Positions 14,330 through 27,665 of a stretch of DNA of 64,000 nucleotides are shown here, piece by piece. Source of the stretch: Eledone cirrhosa (lineage: Eukaryota). Location: assembly GCA_964016885.1 (NCBI GenBank), contig CAXHJY010000416.1, positions 62,001 through 126,000 of the forward strand, written 5' to 3'. Positions within the stretch are counted from its first letter, which is position 1; every line of letters begins with the position of its first letter. Below the pieces are notes generated by a model, which was not told where the DNA came from, did not search any database, and worked only from the letters and a program-made list of their open reading frames with translations. Made by a program: the position numbers and the translations under genes.

Positions 14330-14497
14330 CTGTTCATTTTCTAAATTTAGTTTTGTACATTCATCATCCTTTTCTTCAAGTTTTTGTTGAAGTTCTCCTA
14401 ACTGATTTTGATTAGATAATAATTCTGATTGTAGCTGAGACAGATTTTTGGTGTGGTCCTCATGTTTCTGTCGGTAGAATTTCAATTCTTCTTCTAA
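14330..14497 (-). CDS. EEA1: EEA1-like coiled-coil exon (LEEELKFYRQKHEDHTKNLSQLQSE...NEQ)
   Basis: aag acceptor (in frame; weaker than cag/tag), gtaagt donor, 168 nt. Confidence 0.85.
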
Positions 14498-14819
14498 CTT
14501 TAAGAAAAGAAATATACACAGATATGTGCATGTTAATTCAAGTATTAACCCTTTAGCATTTAAACTGACTGTATCCAGCTGCTCATACTTATGTTAAGGT
14601 ATTGTTCTCAAAATATATAATATCAAAATCTCGTAGATTCAATATTATGTGGGATAATTATGTGAAATAAAGTGTTTACCGTGAAAATACAATAGTAAAT
14701 ATAGAGTAATGTAAATGCTATTGATTTAAGACAAAAACCTGTTTGAAGTGTGTGTCAGGTTTTCTATTGTTTTCTATTGCCTTTCCTCCCACCAATCATT
14801 TGAAAAGTGTAATGTATGT

Positions 14820-15062
14820 AAATTATGGGTGTATCTATCATGTAGATCACCAATACGAGGGAAGTTGCCATGTCTTTGACATTATGGGTGTATTTATCAT
14901 GTAGATCACCAATACTAGGGAAGTTGCCATGTCTTTGACATTATGGGTGTATTTATCATGTAGATCACCAATACTAGGGAAGTTGCCATGTCTCTGACAC
15001 ATTATGGGTGTATCTATCATGTAGACCACCAATACTAGGGAAGTTGCGATGTCCTTAACACA
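14820..15062. repeat. ~60-bp tandem repeat, 4 copies
   Basis: ATTATGGGTGTATCTATCATGTAGATCACCAATACTAGGGAAGTTGCCATGTCTTTGAC. Confidence 0.85.
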
Positions 15063-16296
15063 AGTGGAGAGTCTTACCAAACTTTTGTTTGGCAAGCTTT
15101 GTATGGCTGGACACCTTTCTTATCCCCAACCACTTTACGGCATGTACTGGTGTTTATCGTGCAGATCACCAACTATAGGCACAACTGAATAATCCTTCTG
15201 ACCTTTTTTTTTTTTGGCATGTTTTCTACAACTGGCAACCCCCTAAAACTAACAACACTACAGAGTGCACTAGCACTGGGAGGTGCTTTATCATGGTACT
15301 AGCATTAGGGAGGTTGCATGTCTTTGACTCAACTGAAGAGCCCTCCTTACCCTATCAAGAGAAGTAGCAGTAAAAAGCTAACCAAGTTATTGCAAATCAT
15401 CATCATCACCATCATCGTCGTTTAACGTCTATCTTCCACGCTAGCATGGGATTAGACGGGAATTGTCCCACGTGAGGCCTGTCTGGCATGTTTTCTATGG
15501 CTGGATGCCCTTCCTAACACCAACCACGTTTACAGTGTGGACTGGGAGGTTTTTACCGTGTTACCTACACGGCCACATTACAGTGTGGACTGTGTGTTTT
15601 TTTGTCGTGACACCTACACGACCTCATTTATTTAGGACTGGATGTTGTGGTACCAACATAACTTTAGGTGTAGATGGGGGTGGGGGTATGGGTAGTGGGT
15701 GGGGGTGTATTTTTGGTTAGGAGGTGCCTACTGACTGTAGGTTTCGCTTTGTACTTAGGCAAGGCGGGTCTTCTGTATTACTGCGTAGCGCCAAAGATCT
15801 CGGTCCAGTGACATTGTCTTGGAGAGGTGTGTAAGGTCGGAATTTATCAAATCGTCCCAGGTTTTTCTGGGTCTAATATAATATGTCTAATATTATCGTA
15901 ATTATTTCAGCAAGTATGGGAGACAACCCTGGACATGTTTCAATCTTATTATTACCTCATCAGTGAAGCATAGCTTTTAGAATACTTGTCAAAGCAATGA
16001 TGGAAGAATCCCTAAGTAAATGTAAAAGATTGTACATTGGTTGGCACTAGTCAATGATTAATATTGTTTCATTACACTAATAATATCCAATTGGTCCAAC
16101 CCTTGTTAGCAGGGAAAACACAATGTTGATGAACACAAGGTCCTCAATGTTACTATTCTTAATTGCATTTCCCCATTATATTTGTTTGTTTGCACATGCT
16201 CTCACACATACTATTTCATATATTATAGGTAATAAATTATTACTTCGATTGAAGCCACAGAGAGAGAGAGAGAAAGTCATTTTAGGTTTAACTTAC

Positions 16297-16402
16297 TTTC
16301 GTCTTCTCATTCTTGATTTCTAAAATTGAAGTATTTTTCTTCTCTATCTGTAGTTCTAGGTCATGAACCAAATTCTGTTTTGAATTCAATTCAGAATGAA
16401 GT
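16297..16402 (-). CDS. EEA1: EEA1-like coiled-coil exon (LHSELNSKQNLVHDLELQIEKK...)
   Basis: cag/gtaagt, 106 nt, phase 2/0. Confidence 0.85.
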
Positions 16403-17199
16403 CTGAAAGTGTAAGAAATTAAAACAATTATATTACAACTTATACTAAACTATATCATCATCACCAACATTGTTGTTTTTACATCTGTTCTTCCATGCTT
16501 GCAAATGTTCCTTTGTCATCTCCTCTTTGAGTTTCAGCAATTTCAGATCAGCTCTCATTCACTTCTGTGCAGGTCTTCCTTGGTCTACCACAACTGTGGC
16601 TTCCCTCCACTGCAATTTCTTGGCACTTTTTCACCCAGTGATCATTATCCATCTGCATCACATGACGGTCTGAACACAGTCTTCTCTCTTGCACACAACT
16701 TCAGATTCCTCTTAAACCCTGTTTCTCCCTCAGTTCATCCAGGCTCTGCCGTTCTCTCACATTCACATTGCACATCCAATGAAGTTTAGTGTTCTGCCAG
16801 ACCCAGGGTTATTTACTCGAGTAAATGTCACCGGAATCTAACTACTAAATTTTATAAAGAAAAGGATAAGATATTTTTACAACACCATGTCGAATGAGAG
16901 TTAATTCCCATTACAAAGATAATGATAAAACGTAAGCAGTTTCTCGGAACAGGTATCGAATATAAGTCTTCATTTTATTGTAGTTCCATGTTATAATTGT
17001 TGTAAACAAATATTCTCGTACATAATTAGGTATAGTCCAGATCCATGATAGGTGGTTAGAGAAAAGTTAACATGCTTGTCTTCAGTGTTGTTAGTTTGAA
17101 GGAAGGCGCCAAAAGAGAGAGAGCTTGACTGCGTTGCTGCTATTTATATCCTCTTTCCGGAAGTTACAAAGAGGGTTCTAGACTTTTGACGGGAAGTAA

Positions 17200-17720
17200 C
17201 TCTAGCTACTTCCCTGTCTAGAGAGCGCTACAGAAGCATGGTAGCTTCATTTCTCTCCAGCCTATGCATGTCCCCTGCAGTCACTGCACATGTTTCACTA
17301 CCATGCAGCATCACACTTTGCACATAGGCATCATTGGATATAGAAAGAAACCTTTTGTCAACAGTGAGAGTAGTTCGCTAGACTTCTTCCATCTATCCTT
17401 ATTTTAGCTAGCATGCTCTTGGAGCACCCTCCTCCACAGCTAATTAGCTCACCTAGATAGCAGATGCTATCAACCACTTTTATCAGGGACCTATCTTCTT
17501 TCCTAATTACTAGCACTTGCCTTTTGACTAAGTTTACTCTCAGCCCTTTTAATTCCAAATTCTGTTTCCATAGTCAAAACTTATTCCCTATTTTGTTTAT
17601 GTATTCAGCTATAAGGACCAGGTCATCCACATAGAGAAGTTCCCATGGACAGCCAGTCTTAAACAACTCTATTATGGCCTGGAGAACTATGATAAACTGT
17701 AGTGGGCTGAGAACAAAACA
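17200..17720 (-). mobile_element. decayed RTE-clade LINE fragment
   Basis: remnant GLRVNL...VDSICYLGELISCGGGCS, similar to 34065-34767; similar remnants at 16490-16790 and 22100-22760. Confidence 0.75.
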
Positions 17721-18651
17721 TTGAGTACCAGAATATCTTATACAGGATGTGTGCTACAGGCTCACCAAGATATCAGTGGCTCTGCTTGAGTACTGACTAG
17801 ATAGAAACTCTATTTTAATATGTACCTTTCAAAAATAATATTTTGGTTTATTTATTGTGTTTTCTCCATAAATATGTCATTTAAAAAAATATCCTCAGTA
17901 TAATGTCCCTGAATCACACACATCACATTTTTGTATAATTTTGTCTTATTCATCCACACACATTTTCTGCAATCTCCCTAGATTTTAGCATTTCATGTAA
18001 TGGCCCTTAATGGCTAACTAAATACCTAGTTTTAGCATTTCCTCTAATGGTCCTTAATGGCTAACTAAAATAAATCATTCTAGCTCTTTATGTTAAATCC
18101 TTCCTGGGTTGATAAAATAAAGTAACTGCCTATGATTTTGAAAATAACCAAAAATGTTGAATGATTTAGTAATGCAACTAACTTTCTCATTATTAAACTG
18201 GTGCTTGAAGCATAACTTATCAAAGGTTCTGACATAATATGAGGGCGGGCTGAAACATTCATAAGCTGTCTATGAAGGAGTGAAGCTAGAGCTGTGAAAT
18301 CTTGCATGCATTGATTTCAACTCTTCTTATTAATAACTGCATTGTTTCTTTCCAGGGACTATGTTGAAAAATAAACCTCATTTGGTCGTTCCATGAGAGT
18401 ATCTTGGTCAGCCTATGAACTTTTCAACTGACCCTCGTATGATGGAAGGCCTTTAGATAAACATAATCACTTTAAAATATACAGTTTTGAATCATAGAAC
18501 CAGGGCAGTTTCAGGTGGTTTGGTATGAAAAGGGTTAAATTTGTATCAAGAAACCACTTCTACTTTTTAAGGTTTTTTGGTAAAGTTGAAATGCAACTAA
18601 ATTAAGGAAAAACGTAAACAAAAGAAAAACAAAGAAATATTTCTAACTTAC

Positions 18652-18720
18652 TCAGAAACATCGGCTGTTTTGGGTAAAGAGTTTAACTGAGCTTCAAGGT
18701 GTCCTACATGTTTGACAGAC
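18652..18720 (-). CDS. EEA1: EEA1-like exon (SVKHVGHLEAQLNSLPKTADVS)
   Basis: tag/gtaagt, 69 nt, phase 2/2. Confidence 0.8.
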
Positions 18721-20179
18721 CTAAAATAATAAAATATTGGAATTAGAGAATATGTACAACTATGCTTGATGTATGAAATTAGAAGATTTTACAATATGGA
18801 AGCAATTTTAGGGGAGGGGAAAGTCAATTCAATCAACCCCAGTGCATTACTGGTACTTTATGTTAATGACCCTGTAAGGATGAAAGGCAAAGCTAACCTC
18901 AGCAGGGTTTGAACTCAGAATGTAAGGGGTTGTAACTCTATGCCACAAGCATGTTGTACAATGCTCTACCGACGCTGCCAACCCCCCACCCTTACAATAT
19001 GAAAATAATAATGAATAATAAATTACTAAATGTCTTAATTAACATTGATTTTGATACCATATTTCTAAGGAAATATATCACCTATGTTTTTCAATTAATT
19101 TTGTAAATTATTGACAATTTGAAGAAATTTAGTAAAATAACTAGCCACATTATTAACCCTTTAGCATTTAAACTAGCACTATCCGGCCAAAATTCTCTCA
19201 CCTCTTTCTGTTCAAACTGACCATAATTGGCCACTCATACTGATGTTAAGGTATTGTTCTCAAAATAAATAATATCAAAATCTCATAGATTCTATATTAT
19301 GTGAGATAAAGTATATACCATGAAAATACAATAGTATATATAGAGTAATATAAATACTAACGAGTTAAGCTGACATTTAGTACATAGTTTAACAAAGATA
19401 TTCTACCATAGCATTTTTCTAAATTTAAATATAAATGAAGTATATTTAGAGAGAGACAAGCAAAGTTTGAAAATTGTAGTAGAAATATAAGAATTCGTCA
19501 TAACTTTTGACTAAATAACAGTCTCAATAACAGGGTGTATAAACCCACATACGTTATTAAGACTATGTTATTTAGTCAAATGTTACAGTGAAGCATTATA
19601 TTTGTATTTCAATTTTAAAACAAGAGATTTGACATCATAGAATTAGGGCAGATTTGAGCTGGTTGGTATGAAAAGGGTTAATATATTATTTGTTACTTTC
19701 TATCACCAATCTATATTCTATCTTACATGTTGTACAAAAGGGTTTTATTTTCATTTATGATCACTAATGAAGCTATATTTGCACTTAATAGGAACAGGTG
19801 GTAGTGATGATGATTATAACAGTATGACGAAATGAATGAGGGGACATATTCTAAAAGTTTGCAGTCTGTCTTGAGCCTGAAGGCTCATCAGGCTGGTGCT
19901 TATCCTGGTTTTCAAGGCATTAAGCAACTGAGAGTACAAGGCTCTTCCCTGGTACACATTTTCAGCTGAGTATACTGAAGCAATGTGAAATGAAGTGTTT
20001 TGCTCAAGAACACAATACTCAACCCAGCGCAGGAATCGAATTCATTATGACTGTAAGTCCAACACCTTTACCACTAGGTCACATGCCTCCATAAACTGAT
20101 AGTATGATGAAGGCTAACCTTCTATGTCAGGTACACACAGGAAAAGATTATGCAGGATAAAGAAAAACAATCTACTTAC

Positions 20180-20320
20180 TCTTCATACTTTATATGCAGC
20201 TCTTTGTAAAGTTTTTCAAGATCCTCTTTCTCTTTTTCTCGTTCTAAATTTACTTTATTCATCACAGTTTGAACAGAAATTAGTTCTTGTTTTAGGACAG
20301 TAGCATCATCTTCTTCAGGT
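20180..20320 (-). CDS. EEA1: EEA1-like exon (RPEEDDATVLKQELISVQTVMNKVNLEREKE...)
   Basis: tag/gtaagt, 141 nt, phase 2/2; resembles EEA1 RPGIEDVAVLKKELVQVQTLMDNMTLERERE. Confidence 0.93.
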
Positions 20321-21457
20321 CTACATATATAACAAAACAAAAAAAAATTTCTTGAAGATTTTTCCCACATCATCACAGTTTTATGTCCATTTTCCATGCT
20401 TGCATGGGTTAGATGGATCGTCAGACAACTGTGTCTTGTTCATATATTCCATTTTGGGATGGTTTTTATGACTGGATACCCTTCCTAATGCCAACAACTT
20501 CATGGCATATACTAGGTTTGTTTTCTCATGGAACCACCTTTACCACCTGAAAGGGTGTACTGGGTCCTTTTTGTGTTGTACCAGCCCCACCACTTTACAG
20601 TGTGCACTGGGTACATTTTATTGTGGCACCAGTACTACCACTTTACAGTGTGGACTGGGTACATTTTATTGTGGCACCAGTACTACCACTTGACAGAGTT
20701 GAGTGAGTACATTTTATCATGGTACAAGTACTACCACTTTACAGAGTGGACTAGGTACATTTTATTGTGGTACCAGCTGGGTACATTTTATCGCTTCCAC
20801 CTTCCAGTGTTCATTTTTAGAAAATACATATTTAAGGTAATGCATAAAATACACATTCATTGGAACATATTTCATTCAATAGTGAATGGGATATACTTTT
20901 TGTTTGCTGTTAACCATTAGCAATTGAATGTGATCGGCTTAAGAGGCAAAATGAATGGTGCAGAGGACAAAAAGCTTTCTATTTCAATGCTATGAAATGT
21001 TAGCTCAAGCAAAGCAAGCCATGTAATCTGAAAAGATAGTTCAGCCTTCATGAATGATTCTTAGCAGACTATCTGGTGTAACTGGTATTCTTCTGTTACA
21101 AGTGTTGTAATGAAACACTCAGTAGAAGTGTAAAGCAATATATGTATATACATGGAATGGGCCTCCATCAGTTTCCATGATGAGTGTTCCAGTTATTTGA
21201 TCAACTGAACAGCCAGCTCATGAAATTAATTTGTAAATGACTAAGCATCCACATGCGTGTCCTTAACATAATATCAATGAAATTTAGTATGACACAGTAT
21301 ATGACAAGGCTGGCTCTTTGAATTATAGGTACAGGCTTGAAATAGTGAGATATTATGCAACACTATTTTAGATCAGATGTAAGAATGTATTTTTTGGCTG
21401 TACATTTTCAGAATAATAAAAGTAAAACGTTTATTACAAAACTAAAATATTTATTAC

Positions 21458-21516
21458 CTTAAAGATAGCTGAGTCTCTAATTTCTCAACTTGTTGAACTT
21501 TATCTTCAAGTTGTTG
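21458..21516 (-). CDS. EEA1: EEA1-like exon (QQLEDKVQQVEKLETQLSL)
   Basis: cag/gtaata, 59 nt, phase 0/2. Confidence 0.85.
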
Positions 21517-21806
21517 CTGAAGAAATGAAAACATTATATTTCAATAATAATTTTTTTAAATGAACTTATTTTGTACTCATGTATTTTCTAGGATGGGTTT
21601 TTTCAAAATTTGGACATTTGCATATAGACTGTTACACAGAATACCATGGATATAATGGAGTTGGAACAAACAGGTGGCAAATATCACTGAGACAGCAGAT
21701 TTGACTAAATTCTTTGTTACTTCACATTCTATATTAAATAATTTCAAACAGCAGCACTACAGATATTTAAAAACGGAAAATGAATGGAAATGCATGGGCT
21801 CTGGGG

Positions 21807-22070
21807 TCACAGAAGAATAGGAGGGGGAAGGGGGAGAGTCATGGGCTCTGGGTCTAGGGTGTGGCGGCGTTGGGGCTGTGCTCCACGGACAAGATTGCAA
21901 AAGTATTCCCGCAGACAATGGCCAGTGCAACAGCCACCCCAGCTCGCAGGCTCCTTCCTCTGACAGGTTGCTGACATTCCGATCTTGCGAAGGAGCTCAG
22001 CAGTACAGGGTTCAAACATGCCTGAGGTCTCGATGGCAACCGGTGTGAAGAAAAAGCAGCTGGACAATCC
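21807..22070 (-). mobile_element. old fragment of CRE-like RLE endonuclease C-terminus
   Basis: FTPVAIETSG...ELLRKIG and LAIVCGNTFAILS parallel VVPLAMETSG...LAILRGNAFSILS of the element at 43.6 kb. Confidence 0.75.
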
Positions 22071-22818
22071 CCAGGAAGTTTAGGTCAAGAAAGACCTGAC
22101 TGAGGAAAATGTCTGTGATGAAACTGTGAAGAAATTCCTGTTAGACTTTTAAGCCTGTTTTTCTATGCTTGTCTTTTCCATCACATCTCTCAACCTACAC
22201 TTTCCATTCATTATCTCCTCTGTAAGATTCAGTGTTTGGAGATCAGCTCTTACTACTTCTATCCAGATCTTCCTGACTCCACTGGGAATTCCTGGCTCTT
22301 CTTCACTCAGCAATCATCATCCATACACATCACATGTCCTTACCAGTGCAGTCATCTCTCTTGCACACCACATTTGATTCATCTTATAACCAATTTTTCT
22401 CTACACCTATCCATACTTCACCATTCATACATATTAACATCACATATCCATTGAAACAAGCTTGCTTCATTTCTCTCCAGCCCCTGCATTTACTGCCCAT
22501 GTTTCACTTCCATACAACATTGCATTTCACATGCAAGCATGAAACAGCCGGCTTTTCATTCATAGAGAGAAGCTATATGTTGTCAACAAAAGTAGTATCT
22601 CTGAATATTTACTATCCCTTTTTTATACAAGCTACTATACTTTCTAAGAAACCTCCTCCACTGCTAATTAGGTCATGTAGGTAACACAAGCTATCATTAT
22701 TCTAGCTTCTATACTTTCTAAGAAACCTCCTCCACTACTAATTGGGTCAACTAGATAACAGAAGCTATCATGTAGAAATAAAACCTAATAAATGAACAAA
22801 ATATAAAAACTTCTTCAC

Positions 22819-22905
22819 CTTTAGAGTGACGATGTGATCTTCAAGAGCTGCTTTCTGTCCAAAAATCTCATCTGCTAAAGCTTTGACTGTTACAATATCA
22901 CCAGC
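22819..22905 (-). CDS. EEA1: EEA1-like exon (AGDIVTVKALADEIFGQKAALEDHIVTLK)
   Basis: cag/gtgaag, 87 nt, phase 0/0. Confidence 0.85.
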
Positions 22906-22920
22906 CTGTTAAAATGTCAA

Positions 22921-23283
22921 CAAGAAATAATTTACCATTTATACAATAATAATAGTACAAGAGATAATTTACTATTTATACAATAATAATAGTACAAGAG
23001 ATAATTTACCATTTATACAATAATAATAGTACAAGAAATAATTTACTATTTATTCAATAATAATAGTACAAGAGATAATTTACTATTTATTCAATAATAA
23101 TAGTACAAGAGATAATTTACCATTTATACAATAATAATAGTACAAGAAATAATTTACTATTTATTCAATAATAATAGTACAAGAGATAATTTACTATTTA
23201 TACAATAATAATAGTACAAGAAATAATTTACCATTTATACAATAATAATAGTACAAGAAATAATTTACTATTTATACAATAAT
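22921..23283. repeat. 37-bp tandem repeat, ~10 copies
   Basis: unit CAAGA(A/G)ATAATTTAC(C/T)ATTTAT(A/T)CAATAATAATAGTA. Confidence 0.9.
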
Positions 23284-24177
23284 TGTTTCTACTTTAGGCA
23301 CAAGGCCAGCAATTACCCAGTGCATTACTATTTATACAATAATATTAGTGTCATAAATATTACTAAAATTAATTGCAGAGTTGCCTCCTATCATCAATAG
23401 TGATTTTGTATCTCACTCCATTTTCTTCCTATTCAGTGGCTTTATATGCCTCGTTATTATTAAAGTTTTATTTAGTCACAGTTATGGTGAAATCTAATTC
23501 AATTTTCAAATTCCACTCATTGTTTTCTAAATACACACACTTTCTCTTTGTTATCATCATCACAGTTTAACGTCCATTTTCCATGCTAGCATGGGTTAGA
23601 TGAGTTGTCCTGGTGTGAGACAAGCCAGGTTGGATGCTTGTCTTGCTCATACAGAACTAATTTTGGCTTGGTTTCTATGGCTGGATGACCTTCTTAACGT
23701 CAACCACCTTTACAGTCGGGACTTGGTGCTTTTTTTGTTGTGGTACCTACATGACCACTTTACAGTGTAGCTGTTTAACGTCCATTTTTCCACATGTATA
23801 TATGTGTGTGTGTATGTGTGCGTGTGTATATATCATCCTCGTCATCATCATCGTTTAACGTCTATCTTCCACGTTAGCATGGATATATATATAAAGTTTT
23901 AGCATGGAAAAATGGACACTAAATAGTAATGATGATGATGAAAGTAAATATTTTTTGTAGTTAAATATTTTTACATATTGCTTTATAATGATAAGGCCCA
24001 TTTGCTAACATAAGGCCTAATCCCTTTATTAATGTTTACTGTCTACTCTGAGTATGCTTCAATGATACTAGTAAATATCACCAAGAACCTCCACAGGTTA
24101 AGATGTCAGTCAGTATACTACAATATAATATATACCACCATTATATATTAAAATACTAACTGGTACCAATAACTTAC

Positions 24178-24284
24178 TAGCTTTGCTGCCTTTTGTTCAA
24201 CACTTCCTTTTATTTGATTAGTTTCTTCAAGTTGTTTTTTTGTTTCAGTTAACTCAGTGGCCATAGCTTGCAATTCTTTTGCAC
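24178..24284 (-). CDS. EEA1: EEA1-like coiled-coil exon (AKELQAMATELTETKKQLEE...AAKL)
   Basis: cag/gtaagt, 107 nt, phase 1/0. Confidence 0.88.
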
Positions 24285-25484
24285 CTGTTGACAGAAGACA
24301 GAAAGGAATGAAAGAAACATCATCATCATGACTGTTTAACGTCCATTTTTCCATGCTAGCATGGGTTAGACAATTTGTCCCATTGTGAGTCAAGTCCGAT
24401 CAGATGACCGTGTCTTGCTTATACTGAACTGTTTCTGGCTTGGTTTCTATGGTTGGATACCCTTCCTAACGCCAACCACATTTTCAGTGTCGACTGGGTG
24501 CTTTTTATTGTGGCACCAAAATGACTACTTTAATAGTGTGAACTGGGCATTTTATGTCATGATACTAACACAACTACTTTACAGTGTGCTTTGGGCACTT
24601 TTTGTTGTGACTACTTTACAAAATAAAAAACAAACATGCAATTCTAAGCCCTTGCTGAAATACTGAATACATATTCTAACAGAAATATGGTTGTTTCCTA
24701 CTAAACCTATGCTAAAAACTAAGCTGGGATTTATGAAAAGGGTTTTAATCATTTTTCAATCCTAATTTTTGGCGAATTAGAATGTTGGATAGAATACTCT
24801 GTGGTATTTGAGTTCAACACCCACTGAAATGAACTTTGCTTTTCATCCTTTCATGATGATAAAAAAAAGTGCCAGTCCAATTCTAGTGTCTATTCTTCCT
24901 TTATATCTTTTTCTCACTTCCTTCTTTTCTGAAATAAATTGATTGTATTCAGACCTGGAGAGGGGATGGGCTCTGCCAAGTTTAAAATGCCCAAGACAAA
25001 CAATATGTCACTACAATACCCTAAAAACTCCACCAGGAGGTATGAGCAGAGGCATAACTAGGGTATGGCAAACATGGCATGTGCCTTGGGTGCCACTTGG
25101 ATTAGGGGCACTTTCTATTAAAGCGAGAGAAGTTATCATCAGAGAGTGAGAAAAGAAACTTCTTCAGATATATGATCTGTCTTTGATTATTATGAGTGAG
25201 AAGCACCATGGTGGCTGGATTAATGAATGGTATTAGTATTTTTGAGCTGGTTTTATGGTTATCTGAAAGATGGGTATCAGATGATTGGGCAGGGCACAAT
25301 TTCACGGTTTGCCATAGGTACTATTTTCCCTAGTGACACCTCTGAGTATGGGTCCATTAATCCAGTCCTTCTTTTAGCTATGTTCTTCATAGAAATCCAA
25401 TTACTTACCAAAATGTTACCAGTCACTAAACAGGCCCAGTTTTAAATACAGCAGTGATTAAATCATTAACTTCTAGATACTTAC

Positions 25485-25548
25485 TGACATTTTGATTTTC
25501 TTCAAAGGATTTCATCTGAATTCGGTAAAAATCAAATTCTTCACGTTC
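25485..25548 (-). CDS. EEA1: EEA1-like exon (EREEFDFYRIQMKSFEENQNV)
   Basis: cag acceptor, gtaagt donor, 64 nt, phase 0/1 fits neighbours. Confidence 0.85.
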
Positions 25549-26556
25549 CTGTTGCACCACAAAAACACAAATAATAAATAACATCTCAGAAAAGTTCAAC
25601 TAAACATTTCTATTATTGAAGCAATAAATATTCTCTTTGGATGACAAATTCTTTACAGAGGCATGAAAACATCACATTTATTGAGGTAGGAAAATTGAAA
25701 ATGTATCATTCATGTCATTTTGTAGAACATTATTGACATAAATGAAGTGGTTACAAATGACAATTGAAACTGAGTTGTGGAACTAGTTCTGCTCTAACTG
25801 TTAACCTTTTCATGACCACATTTCTAATGAGATACACTCTATTTTAATTAATTAATGAAGAATTTTGAGGTATATACTAAATTTATTAATTATTCTATTA
25901 CTAAGATAGTAACTTAATGTAAGGTTCTTATATAAATTTATATTGAAAGATTTTAATTTAAATTGGAAACCTATAAAATGGGTGATTTTGTTTCATAGAA
26001 CTAGAGTTGGTTGGTAACTAAAGGGTTAATAAAACAATCTTGGACCAACTAGTAGGATTTTAGAAGAGGTAACTTTGATTTAGATTGTAGATTAGCCATA
26101 TAAAGCTTAGTTCAATGACACTGGAATATTATCATACCACACACACAGACAAGTGTACACACACACACTCATCTGCCTGCACACACAAATAAGCACATAC
26201 ATACAGAAGTGCAAACACACACAAGCACACACACAAAAGCATATGCACAAACACAAGCACACATACATAAGTGTAAACACATTTCCATACAAGCGCACAC
26301 ACAAGAACCAGCATACACACAACCAAGCACACACGTACACTCACACAGAAGCACAGATGCAAACATGCACAAGCACACAAACAAGATTAAATGCACATAC
26401 ACAAGTACAAGCACACATACATACAGAACACTTCAAGTAATGACTTAAAAATAAATATATTTAAATGTGAAGTTAATACCCTTCTCCACCACAAAATAGC
26501 TATGTTTAGATGTTTAGTTAATACTCTTCTCCACAACAAAATACAATGGTTTTTAC

Positions 26557-26677
26557 CTTCTTTGTGAAAGGTATAGCACCATCAGTTCCCTCTTGGTATT
26601 TCTCAAGTTCTTTCTTCAGTTCAGAAACATACCACTGTTCATCCTTCAACTGTTTCTTTAATTCTTCCATCTGTGAC
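26557..26677 (-). CDS. EEA1: EEA1-like exon (SQMEELKKQLKDEQWYVSELKKELEKYQ...)
   Basis: AG/GT bounded, 121 nt, phase 2/0; resembles EEA1 LKEEKWYSEELKKELEKYQ. Confidence 0.92.
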
Positions 26678-27396
26678 CTGAGAGAAATATTTCCATTTTA
26701 TTCATCATCATCATCATCACCATCATCATTTAACATCCATTTTCTCTGTCAGCAAAGATTAGCTGGGTCTTCATAAACCAAGTCAGTACTTAAGTGGAAC
26801 TACTGACCTGTTAGATGGACTGGAGCCCTCCATCTTGCTTACATATGATTCAGTGTTCCACTGAGTGAATTTTATCATGACACCAGCACTAGGGAGATTG
26901 TTATGTCTTTGACACATTTGAAGGGTCTTCCCAACCCTTAATTTGGCAGGTTTTCTATCTGGATACCCTTCTTATCACCAATCACTTTACAGAATATAAT
27001 TGGTACATTTATCATGTAGATCAGCAGCACTAGAGAAGTTGTCATACCATTGACACAACTGAAGAGTCCTCATGACTCTTTTTAGCATGGCTTCTACAGT
27101 GTGTGTGTGGTGGTGGGGCTCTTCTTATCACCAACTACCTTGGAGAGTGTACTGGGTGCATTTTCATGGCACCAGCACTAGAGAAGTTGTCGTGCCATTG
27201 ACACAGCTGAAGGTTCTCCAGAAACCTTTGAGCATGGCTTTTACTGCGGGGCGCCCTTCTTATTAACTACCTTGGAGGGTGTACTGGGTGTATTTACATG
27301 GCACCAGCACTAGAGCAGTTGTCAGTTATTGTCTCAACTTAAGAGACCTCCCTACCATATTCTTAAAATGAAATAACCAAAATATGTTCAACTTAC

Positions 27397-27503
27397 TTTT
27401 CTTCCACTGTCGGAATTTTGCCATCATGTACAGACATGTAATGTTTCTCCAAGGCATCTTGAGAAGGTAATGGTTTTTTGCAGAGTGGACACAGAAAGCC
27501 TTC
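27397..27503 (-). CDS. EEA1: EEA1-like exon, C2H2 zinc finger 2 (EGFLCPLCKKPLPSQDALEKHYMSVHDGKIPTVEE)
   Basis: ttctag acceptor, gtaagt donor, 107 nt, phase 0/2; C-x2-C-x12-H-x4-H pattern with EEA1-like HY..VHD. Confidence 0.9.
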
Positions 27504-27573
27504 CTAGAAAGATAAAAAAAAAAAATTACATAAGCATGAATACGTATAACAGAATAGAAATATAAAGTTGGAA

Positions 27574-27628
<55 letters not shown>

Positions 27629-27665
27629 TTATATATATATGTATTATGTATATATATATATCTAT

